Source: Octopus sinensis (lineage: Eukaryota). From it: a DNA stretch of 64,000 nucleotides. Location: assembly GCF_006345805.1 (NCBI RefSeq), contig NC_043015.1, positions 1,860,001 to 1,924,000 of the forward strand, given 5' to 3'. Below are positions 51,904 through 64,000 of this stretch, piece by piece. The notes under the pieces were generated by a model, which was not told the origin of the DNA, did not search any database, and saw only the letters and a list, made by a program, of their open reading frames with translations. A program made the position numbers and the translations under genes. Every line of letters begins with the position of its first letter. Positions within the stretch are counted from its first letter, which is position 1.

Positions 51904-53216
51904 GAGGGCATTATACATACATGCCAGGAGGCATTCTACATACACACGCCATACGCTAAGAGGGACAATCAGTCATTTCTACCAAAAATTATATACCAAT
52001 CCCCCGATGCATTTTTCAGAAAGACATTAAAAATATATAACCTGTATTTCGTGTTCATACTTACGTAATCATCCAGCAGGCCTGAATATACTATATAATA
52101 AACAACGACCCTGCTTCGCTTAAGCCGATCAGCTAACTGATCAACATCAACGAAGCACATGGGTGGGTTTATATATATCTATATCTGGATGAATGGCAAA
52201 CTTTTACGAATTGCATTTCGGGAGAGGAAAAGTTTTTTTTCGAATAAAATTTAGCAATTAAGGACAACTACTTAATAAGGAAAACTTAACAGAAAATTTG
52301 TCAGGTAGATAGCGTAAAAACCTCATAAGAGAAAAAATTTCGAAAATTATATTATTTCTTATTGACATATTAATTATATATATAGGGCATTATACATACA
52401 TGCCAGGAGGCATTCTACATACACGCCATACGCTAAGAGGGACAATCAGTCATTCTACCAAAAATATTACTAATCCCACCGAATGCAATTTTTCAAAGAC
52501 AGACATTTACAATTAAAAATATAGACCTGTATCACAGTGATTTCATACTTACGTAATCATCAGCAGGCCTGAATATACTAGAATGCCTCCTGGCAGTATG
52601 TAAATGCCCTCTATATATAAAATTAATATGTTCAATAAGAAATAATTATTTTCGAAATTTTTTCTCTTATGAGGTTTTTACGCTATCTACCTGACAATTT
52701 CTTGTTAAGTTTTCCTTATTAAGTAGTTTGTCCTTAATTGCTAAATTTTTATTCCGAAAAAACTTTTCCTCTCCCGAAATGCAATTCGTAAAAGTTTGCC
52801 ATTCATCCGGATATAGTATATATAAACCCACCCATGTGCTTCGTTGATGTTGATCATTAGCTGATCGGCTTAAGCGCAGCAGGTCGTTGTTTTTTTAGTA
52901 TATTCAGGCCTGCTGATGATTACGTAAGTATGAAATCACTGTGAACAGGTCTATATATTTTTAAATGTCTTTCTTTGAAAAATTGCATTCGGTGGGATTA
53001 GTATATTTTTGGTAGAAATGACTGATTGTCCCTCTTAGCGTATGGCGTGTATGTAGAAGCCTCTGGCATGTATGTATAATGCCCTCTATATATAAATTAA
53101 TATGTTCAATAAGAAATAATTATGTTCGAAATTTTTTCTCTTATGAGGTTTTACGCTATCTACCTGACAATTTCTTGTTAAGTTTTTCCTTATTAAGTAG
53201 TTTGTCCTTAATTGCT
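51902..53216. repeat. Tandem and inverted array of a ~480-bp unit
   Basis: + copies: 51902-52382 (full) and 52383-52580 (partial). - copies: 52581-52613, 52614-53088 (full) and 53089-53216. Confidence 0.9.
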
Positions 53217-53221
53217 ATATA

Positions 53222-53252
<31 letters not shown>

Positions 53253-53301
53253 CGTATAGATGTAAGTATGTACACATACGTATGTATATATGCGTATGTA
53301 T

Positions 53302-53342
<41 letters not shown>

Positions 53343-53586
53343 TTGAGAGATATATAGCTATTTATATACAGAATATATATATAATATATATACACATACA
53401 TACATAGAGAGATAGATACATAGATAGATAGAACGACAGATTGATATATAGATATATACTGAGCTAGATATAGATATTTAAACAAGATATATTATATATA
53501 TATATATATATATACGTATACATGTGTACACAAACATACGGACAAACACATGCACTCACAAAAACACACGCACACATATATATAGC

Positions 53587-53629
<43 letters not shown>

Positions 53630-54155
53630 CGGGAAAGAGAGAAAGAGACAGATGTATGTATGTATAGTAGACTAATAAAGACCAAAAACATAGACATCAC
53701 ACGTAGTGTAAATATTGGAGCAGCGGGGATATGAAGAAATGTGTATGACAAAGCAAATACATTCTAGAATAATGTAATAATTTTGACAATTTATATAAAT
53801 ATTTGCTTTGTTTTATAATGTGAGAATAAAAACAAAAACCTCGTTTCATTGAAAGAAAAGCAGAATTTTCTAGCTTAAAGAGGAAATCAAGATTTATGAG
53901 TCTTGTTAAAATATGTATGATAGGTACGTGTTAAATAGTACATAGCATATGGTTTCGTTACGAGAATTTTTCCAAACGTTAATACGATCAATAAAAAATA
54001 TAACAGGCAAGCACACAGAGCCGCACACAGATACACGCAAACACGCGCAGACATACACACTCAGATGTCTATGTGTATATTTATTCATTTATCACAGATG
54101 TATTATGTCATAACATATTTACATTTCAGTACATTACTGAAATGTAAATATTATA

Positions 54156-54340
54156 GGCGCAGGAGTAACTGTGTGGTGAGTGGCTTGCTAACCAACCACA
54201 TGGTTCCGGGTTCAGTTCCACTGCGTGGCATCTTGGGCAAGTGTCTTCTACTACAGCCTCGGGCAGACCAAAGCCTTATGAGTGGATTTGGTAGACGGAA
54301 ACTGAAAGAAGCCCGTCGTATATATATATATATATATATA

Positions 54341-54387
<47 letters not shown>

Positions 54388-54590
54388 TTTGTGTGTCTGT
54401 GTTTGTCCCTCCTACATCGCTTGACAACCGATGGTGGTGTGTTTACGTCCGCGTAACTTAGCGGTTCGGCAAAAGAGACCGATAGAATAAGTACTAGGCT
54501 TACAAATAAGTCCTGGGGTCGATGTGCTCGACTAAAGGTGGTGCTCCAGCATGGCCGCAGTCAAATGCCTGCAACAAGTAAAAGAGTAAA
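54156..54590 (+). mobile_element. SINE family C, full length
   Basis: tRNA-like head, CTTGGGCAAGTGTCTT body, internal (TA)(TG) run and tail AAACAAGTAAAAGAG. Confidence 0.9.
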
Positions 54591-54623
54591 TGAGTATATA
54601 TATATTATGTGTGTGTGTGTGTG

Positions 54624-54854
54624 TGGAGGCGCAATGGCCCAGTGGTTAGGGCAGTGGACTAGCGGTTGCCGGAGCATGGTGGCGATCCCTGCTGTACTCT
54701 TTCGCCACAACTTTCTCTCACTCTTTCTTCTGTTGGCCTGCTTGCTTAGGCAGCGGGGTGGCGTGATTTGTAGGTTAAAAAATGGCGAAGCGCATTGTGA
54801 CCAGCGATGTGTAGCAACATCTGATAGCCTGGTCGGTCACGGTGATCACGGTGA
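54624..54854 (+). mobile_element. SINE family B with internal deletion
   Basis: The head jumps from the anticodon arm to the mid-body; the tail is as at 16385-16700. Confidence 0.85.
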
Positions 54855-55289
54855 TATATATATACATACGAAATGTGGAGGTTTATTTCACAGTTGATCT
54901 AAACGACTAGGCACGTTGGGTAAGTGCTTTAATGGATTACCATGGCACCAAGGTTATGGCCGTGACAGGAATTATGGAGCCATTGTAGATTTCCGATATG
55001 GCGGATACCTAATTTTTAAAGAGGACAACAAACTTTAAGTCAAGACAAACATCTCAAGTTATATACGTTATTATTATTGGAAACACTCAAAGTCTTACAA
55101 CTGTTTCTGGGATATCATGGAATATGGGATATTCCGTCATTGGGGACAAATAGGGAAAATGCGTAGAGTATAGATCTTCACCCGCGTAAAGTGATGTTAT
55201 CTATTTGATGGTATATTAAAGAATTAATCTACTTTTAACTTTTAAACCGAAACCAAACAATAACAAAGGAGATCCATTGCACTAGACGG

Positions 55290-55510
55290 AAAACGATCAT
55301 TTTAGTTCCAAGAAGAAAGGTGTTCTTCCATCCGTATAATGCTCGGCCACATACAACGAGGAGGACATTCCAAAGGCTGGAGAAAGTTGAATGTGAATTG
55401 ATGAGCCACCCACCATATTCGCCGGTCATTACCTCGTCTGATTTTCATTTACTCCCGCTGTCTTCAAAATCACTTGGACAGAAAACATTTGAATTCTGTA
55501 GACGAGATCT
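55290..55510 (+). mobile_element. Mariner transposase relic
   Basis: HPYNARPHT (HDNARPH motif), HPPYSPVITSSDFHL and QNHLDRKHLNS. Confidence 0.85.
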
Positions 55511-55518
55511 ATACCTAT

Positions 55519-55554
<36 letters not shown>

Positions 55555-55653
55555 TATAGATATATTATATATATATATACGATCAAAACTTCCCCTGTCC
55601 AATGGACGGTGCTGTGTTGTCAAACATTTAAACCAAATTTTCTCAAAACAAGT

Positions 55654-55770
55654 TGTCCGACCGTCCCATAAGCCTCCCCTTTGAGAAACACTGATTTAAC
55701 CTAAATTTGAGACACCAGCAAAAGAAGAAATATAGATATACTTTTTGTATTGCAAAGAAAAACGATTTTA
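55654..55770 (-). repeat. Dispersed repeat, copy 2 (see 13836-13937)
   Basis: Reverse-complement match. Confidence 0.8.
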
Positions 55771-56175
55771 TTCACACCAATATGCAACCGAAGAGTTTAA
55801 AATAACAGTAATGATAAGGCTGTTGACTGGGAGAACACAAACATGGCTTAAACAGTAAGATTAGAAGGAAAGAAATGTGCCTTTAAGTAATAAAAAAACA
55901 ACAAAAAATAGAAGGTGCAGTTATGTCCAGCTTGACGGAAGAAAAGCAGAACAAAAACGGATTTATCTAACCTGGAATCGACTTTGTAATTTTTTCAAGA
56001 CTTATACACGCCCTCAAATTTGAGCGCAATCTGATGGAGGATGACCGAGATCTGAGAAGACACACACCGACAGTCAGACAGAACGGATGTTATATAAGAT
56101 TTATGTATATATATATATATATATATAAAAATATACGTTAACACAAACGCACACATATATAGGTACCACTGTGTG

Positions 56176-56214
<39 letters not shown>

Positions 56215-57231
56215 TATATATATATTGTGTGTGTTGTGTGTGTGTGTGTTGTGTGTGTGTGTCTGTGTCTGTGTATGTATATGTACATATGTATATATGC
56301 ATATATCTATGTGCTTTTTTGTGTGTGTAGGTATGTATATATGCATATATATTTTTGTGTGGAATTATATATTTTTTTATTAGTTTTGCATATTTGAGAA
56401 CATTGGCTAGCCTCGAGGTGCCAATCTTGATGTACTTTAGTCAATAATATTGACCGAGTATTTTCTCTGAAGTTTAGAACCTACATTATTATCGATGGCC
56501 ATAATCAGTTACGCAGAGAACATATGCATAGTACACCGTGCTTTTAGGCGAACAACACGTAAACCAGATATCATAATGCAACCGAAAGGAAAGAGACACC
56601 TGTCGCCACCCTCATGAATAATCACACGCTCATATATAGAACGGGAAGAGAGAAGACATAAATACACACAGGTAATATATGATATATGCACAGACACACA
56701 TATATATGTAGACAAAATTTTTCGTGTCTGTGCGAGTGCAATTTATGTGTAATAAGGTTTTACTACGTAGGAATTTGGATGATAATTACATTTTATATTC
56801 AGTTATATGTTTACGTGGTTTGGAAGTTCCAATGTTCCAGGGTTACTAAAGCAAATATTATACTAAAAGTAATATTTGTGTACGTGATTGTAAAATATAT
56901 GATTTTTAAATGTAATATTTATATTTAATTGCTTTTGCGAAATCCAAATGCTGGAGAAATAAATGTCATAAACAGGACGTGTGCAAAATATTTGTACGTT
57001 AGCTTGACAAGCAATGCTGAATTAAGTTGCTAAAATTTTACTACCTAAAAGTGAAATATATACATATTAATCGAACTTAATTTTTTACGGTATTTTCGGT
57101 GTGTGTCAGGGGCGAATTCAGATTATTATCCATGTTTCATTTGCCAACATTAGAAAACAGGATTACAAATTTTGGTAGAGTTATATTATATGATACGTAA
57201 AATTATACATATAAATACTAACAACTGTCTG

Positions 57232-57510
57232 TGGAGGCACATGACCGAGTGGTTAGAGCAGCAAACTTGCGGCCGAGGGATCGCGGGTTCGAATCTCAGA
57301 CCCGGCAATGTGTGTGTTTATGAGCGAAACACCTAAGCTACACGCGGCTCCGGTAGAAGGTAATGACGAACTTCTGCTGACTCTTTTCGTCATAACTTTC
57401 TCTCACTCTTTCCTCCTGCATCTTGCAGCTCACCTGCGACGGACCGGCGTCCCGTCGAGGTGGGGAACCTATACGCCAAGGAAACCGGGAAACAGGCTCT
57501 ACTGTCCGAT
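57232..57510 (+). mobile_element. Family-B-related SINE with a different 3' tail
   Basis: The head and body resemble family B up to CTTTCTCTCACTCTTTC; it then reads GCAGCTCACCTGCGACGGACCGGCGTCCCGTC..GGAAACCGGGAAAC. Confidence 0.8.
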
Positions 57511-58101
57511 GATCAGTAAATAAATATGAACTGTCCGATGATATGTATATAAATGGGAACAACTGTCGTATGAGTAATATTTGGAGAAATCAACAGTTTG
57601 GGGAAATCAACAGTAATAGGTAGAGATGTAATTTCAGCCACAGTAAAACAATATATATATATATATCTATGGATCATTTATCTCTCTCTCTCTCCCTCTG
57701 CCGGCAACCGTGGAGAATGGCGACGTACCGTAAAAGAGGAAATACAAAGGAGTGACAGATAGAGAGAGAGAGAGAGGAGAAATGGAAAGAAAAGAAGAGA
57801 CTATAGCATTACAACCAGCCAGGAACAGTCTTCGCTACATTTGCGGTACCTGCCATAGGGAGTGTTTGTCCAGGATAGGACTACACAGCCACAGCAGGAA
57901 ATGTATCAGGACATGAAATATAAAAGCCGGACTAGACTACTTTATGCGCAAACTCCATTATCTCCCGAGACAGAAAGGATGCCAACCAATATATATATAT
58001 GTATATATAAGGATGAGATCGTTATTAAAAATACCTATCATATCAAGTGGATAGCATGGAAATATAAGTCTTATGGCTAATAATTATTATAAAAATCATA
58101 A

Positions 58102-58266
58102 TTAAGCGTATCTTAAAGATACACCCATGCTAGAGATAGCAGTCAAAACTTGACTCTGAAGCCGCATCAAACATTCCTCTTGGTGATGTATGAATATTTG
58201 ATGTGGGCTTAGAGTCAAGTTTTGACTGCTAGAACTAGCATGGTGCTATCTTTTAGATACCCTTAA
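58102..58266. mobile_element. TTAA-flanked hairpin MITE (Kolobok-like termini)
   Basis: TTAA|G(C)GTATCT...AGATACCC|TTAA; 157 bp with ~65-bp inverted arms and a ~26-bp spacer. Confidence 0.7.
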
Positions 58267-58318
58267 TTATAATTTTAATTATATATATATATATGCACAC
58301 ACACACACACACACACAC

Positions 58319-58349
<31 letters not shown>

Positions 58350-59080
58350 TTAGAGAGAGGCGGAGGAGAGAGATATGGATGTACTTACAAATATATAAAT
58401 ACATATATACATATATACATAAAAACATATACAATGGATAATAAAATGAAAGCTTTACACCTGGTAGCTTACTCACAGTGATCGTTATGCTTATAGCAAA
58501 TTAAAGACGGACTCTACTCTGTACTGTTTTCTCCCCTATCCATCTGTAATTCCCTTTTTCTCCCCTTCACCGTCTACTATCTTTCACAATCTCTCCTTTC
58601 TCTTTTCCTCTCTCTCGTTGCTCACATGTAATCATTGCCCAACTTTCTTTTCATCATGTGACCACCCTTCTTTTCCTGTACGACGCTCTAAGGAGTGGAT
58701 GTCTTCTCTATCTCTCTCTCCTATCTTTTCTCTTTTCAACGAAAATATTTTTCCCAGTGTTCACTAATTTCCTCCCGTTCTGGTCTAACGACCCTGTATG
58801 TTTGTTTTCGTTCGGTTTCCTTGTATATTTCCTCCGCCCCGTTTTTATTCCCAACTTTGACCCTCCATAAATTCAAAACTTTATTTCGGAATTTATAGGA
58901 GCAACCGTCTTCGAATACTCTTATTGTCGTTAAATGCGCGAAATGAGTAGATAGACAGACGACAACTGATTAGGGGTCGTTCTCCGTGTTACTTGTCCTG
59001 TTTTACATTTGTTTCCTCTAGTTGTTTGCGTATTCAACTCGTTTGTATTCGTACTTCATCACAGTTGGTGATGTCCTGCA

Positions 59081-59119
<39 letters not shown>

Positions 59120-59134
59120 AGGATGTTGACTGGG

Positions 59135-59182
<48 letters not shown>

Positions 59183-59189
59183 TATGACT

Positions 59190-59405
59190 GTGCCTGTGTG
59201 TCAATGTTTACCCCAACTTCAATCGCTTGACGACCGATGTTCGTGTTTGTGTGTAACCCGATCTTAGCGGTTCGGCAGGAGCTCCCGACAGAATGAGACC
59301 TGGCTTATAATGAATAAATCCAGGTGCCCATCACTTCCACAAAAAAGTGGTGCTCTAGCATGGTCCCAGTAAAATGACTAAAACAAGTAAAATGACAAAA
59401 GAATA
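59190..59405 (+). mobile_element. SINE family C, diverged 3' half
   Basis: TCGCTTGAC.ACCGATG..CTTAGCGGTTCGGCA..GTGCTCTAGCATGG..AAACAAGTAAAA. Confidence 0.7.
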
Positions 59406-60676
59406 AAAGAACATTTTTATACATTTTATATACACGCATGCACACACGCACACACACATATTTGCATATATATATATATATATACATACATATGCAGTTT
59501 TATACACACACTCCACACACACACACGCAACACACACGCGCACACACACACATATATACTCACAGAAAATATGTATTTTTTCTGTGTTTATGGATGTATA
59601 TGTTCGTGTTACTGATATACGAAAACAAATATGGTAGCTATTGCATAACATTTTTGCAGCGTAAAATGTGGATGTAATCAAGTCTGTATTTCTAATGTTA
59701 GTTTAAAGGAATCAACTCTGGGTGAGAATCACATCACAGGATACGTTTATAAACAGCGTCCCAAGTGTCGCCAATCGATAATGGCTTTAGGATACTTAAT
59801 GTACGTCACTATGCGCATACATGTGTACATGCGCATACATGTGTACATGCGCATACATGTGTACAAAATGTTATGTAACATAGCAGTAGTATATTTTAAA
59901 ACACGTTTCAAAGGTCTCCTGGCTATACATCTGATCATAATTTTTCAGTTTATTCTAAATGTAATTTTCAATGAAATGTTACACTACAATAATGTCACTA
60001 TATAGAATAAGAGAGAAATTCGTTTCTCATGTCCTTAGGGAAAACTTATACATTATAATATCACATTCCTTTCAAAATTTCGCTTGTTATTATATGAATT
60101 TACGAATGATTGCATGTCTTCAAATTGTTAATTCTTTCAAAGATTGGACTGCAACCATGCGGGGGTCCCACCTGTTAGGTTATAGTCGGGCAGACCTACC
60201 CAGATAATAATTTTTCAAATGTTTGTTACTAATTCTATCGACGGATTATGGCGAACTGCAACGTTGCGAGGTGTAGAAACGCTAAAACAGGTTGTTAAGC
60301 GTTATGCGCCGGGACATACAGGCATTTGCACACGCTCGGGCAAAGCACACATATACACACGTATATAAACACATACATATACTCAGACACAATCGGGCTT
60401 CACTCCGTTTCACTCCAACAAATTTACTCATTAATTCATTAGTCATTCAGTGAGCCGAAGCTATACTAGAAGACTCGACTACTGAGTGCGGTATAGTAAT
60501 ATTGAACCCCAAAACACTTGGTTTGAACACCTGCTTCTTATACTCATATCTATCCATGCTCCGATTATAATGAAACAAATTAAAAATACACAATTTTTTT
60601 TGACCATTCCAAAATTTTCCATCTGTATTTGTACTTAATGACATTTATGGGGTATTTTGAAGATGAAATTCTCTGT

Positions 60677-60679
<3 letters not shown>

Positions 60680-60710
<31 letters not shown>

Positions 60711-61360
60711 ACATCACTATCATCATCATCATCAACATCATTGCCATCAACAACACCAGCACAGGCACACCACCAGCGGCATACCACTACCAGCACCACC
60801 ACCACCATCACTACTACGAACATCACCACCACCACTACCACCACCACCAACAACATCAGCACCACAACTATTAATCATCATCATCATCATCATTGACAAC
60901 ATCAGTAAGAAATGCGTTCAATCAAATCAATACCAAAAATATCTATGATCAAAAACATCATTATCATTGTCAACTTATTATCGATTATGATAATGATAAA
61001 TATAATTACTGTCATCATTATGGTCACGATCACGAAAAAAAAAACACCGTCCTCGGCGTCGTCATCCTTGTCATCGCGTATTCATGACGATGATGATGAT
61101 AATACCGATGATGATGATAATGATGACGATGATGATGATAGTCCTCATCATCATTATCATTATTGCAATCGTCGTCGTCGACGTCATCATTGTTTCCACC
61201 ACTAAGAACGACAATAGCGTCACTAACATTATTACCGTCTTCATAATCACCACCGTCAACGTCATCATCATCATCATCATCACATGCAGCAGCAGCAGCA
61301 GCTGCTACAGATTCCCCCCGCCTCTTCCTCCTCGTCGTCGTCGTCAACATAATCATTAAC
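60680..61360. repeat. (CAT)/(CAC)/(GAT) mixed trinucleotide tract
   Basis: Direct reading. Confidence 0.9.
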
Positions 61361-61593
61361 ATAATCATCCTATTTATTATTGGACAAAGGTAACAACGAT
61401 CGGAATGACATTAATCATGGGACAAGTAAAATAGATTGAATATAATTGCTAATAATTTTTGCATTTCTTCAATTAGAAGTTGAAATCAGGTTGCATAAAT
61501 ATCCTACAGCAAATTATCTACACAGATTGCGCTCATAGACAGATGTAGATGGTGAGATATAGATAATTCGATAGATAGCAATCGGATATAATA

Positions 61594-61653
<60 letters not shown>

Positions 61654-61689
61654 ATATATTATATATATATATAATATATATATATATAG

Positions 61690-62470
<781 letters not shown>

Positions 62471-63205
62471 CAGTTACAGATGGATGGACAGATCTAATGA
62501 GACATTCTCATATTATGTAGCAATATGTGAAATATTAGTTAGTCAGTTGTTACAACTGCTACTAGTTGCAAATCTATTCCTACCATCTCTGCGTTTCTGT
62601 GTTAACAGTATTGCTTAAAACACTAGTCTCTTTTCTATGTCATTAACACATTGTTTGGACTGAATGATGAAGTCGATAAAAACTAGAGATCAAAGCAGTA
62701 ATATCTTAAAGGAAAAAATGTCAGGATGTCATTACGGTCTAACGAATAAAAATGTTTGACTTCTAGTCGATAGTAAAGTCTTTTCGACCAGTTAATCAAT
62801 ATTCCTGAAAGTTGCTTTCAATTCTTTGTCTATAAGTCTTTGATAACCTTTCAACTTAGTATATAACAGAATAACAAACAATATTGTTACCCGGAGAAAA
62901 CAAATATATAAAAATGTTAAAAAAAAGAAGAAAAACGAAAATGTATGAGGATACACAATTTGAGTTGGTGTGTCTGTGCGTGTGTGTATTCATGGATAAT
63001 TGTTCGGTGTTTTTGTCTATGCGTGAGAGTATCTCTGTGGGTGTTTGTGTGAGAGTCACCAAAAGAAGAGAGCGTTTGCGATTTGCGGTACTTTGGTCAA
63101 TAAACACCAAAATCTCACACACATATATATATATACATTTGGCACAAAGCATATACGTACATATATATATATACATACATGGTTCCACTTACATTATACC
63201 TATAT

Positions 63206-63241
<36 letters not shown>

Positions 63242-63332
63242 GTATAAATGTAGTGGAACCATGTATGTATATATATATATATATATCTATGCATATGTTT
63301 ATATTATATATATATATATGTATATATATATG

Positions 63333-63363
<31 letters not shown>

Positions 63364-63605
63364 TATATATATATTATATATATATATATATATAATATCT
63401 GTAAATACCACCATATATGACTATATAGGTATAAGTTATAATTTTTCTATGCATTTGAATGTATGCATACATATACATACGTGCATACATATATACATTT
63501 ATATATATATAGAGAGAGATACGTATATACATATATTTATACATATATACATACAAACGCATACATACATACATAAATATATAATATATATATATATATA
63601 TATAT

Positions 63606-63665
<60 letters not shown>

Positions 63666-64000
63666 TGTATAATGTGTGTATGGGTGCATGCATTTGTTTG
63701 TGTGTGTGTGTGTGTGTGTGTATGGATGTGTGTAGATATTCGCTCGCATTGAAATTTGAGATTCGTCTAATGTTTTGTTGTGTATAAAGTTATCCATGTC
63801 AGTAGGTCAAACTCTACCATTGAAGTGTGAATTAAAATACACTGTAACTTCCAAATTGCAAATAATTTCTATAGCCCACAGAGATGTTCAGTAGCTACTG
63901 TAAATCTTGTTAACACTTTTGTACATATTACGTTGAGACTCTGAAGCACCACATTGCACGGAGGCGTACATTACGACGTACGTAACTGTATGCCATTTTG

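Noticed and set aside
54891-54916. 26-nt AG..GTAAGT segment and nearby GLPWHQGYGRDRNYG reading
   Set aside because: Stops in all frames of the micro-exon, and the longer reading has no start or splice support.
60629-61368. His/Asp/Thr-rich ORFs
   Set aside because: A mixed trinucleotide tract open in many frames, with no exon boundaries.

Overview
AT-rich, microsatellite-saturated eukaryotic DNA. The tRNA-derived SINE families and repeat landscape look like Octopus (inference from repeat sequences, not a database result). Nearly all ORFs in the supplied track are microsatellite translations. A 100-N scaffold gap lies at 31376-31475. Most of the window is intronic or intergenic, containing: four tRNA-headed SINE families (called A-D here), decayed LINEs (CR1, R4/Dong-type, Tx1), DNA-transposon relics (mariner, pogo, a non-autonomous Helitron, several MITEs) and Penelope-like (PLE) terminal-repeat relics. 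One convincing host exon was found on the minus strand (26151-26265), encoding a signal peptide, MRNQFFPFLWVLLMIHGPFPCCTTPDPQCNFS. The most notable signal is a set of minimal type-I hammerhead-ribozyme (HHR) motifs in three repeat families. (i) A tRNA-headed, SINE-like element carries a PLE-type HHR downstream of its Pol III promoter (26800-27364, with a third head at 42136). (ii) A foldback family has HHRs with covarying stem II (25554-25619, 37877-37937). (iii) A family has a non-canonical CUGUUGA core (24105, 25223). Five of these motifs lie within about 3.2 kb around the signal-peptide exon. A 1.3-kb tandem-plus-inverted array of a ~480-bp unit is at 51902-53216.
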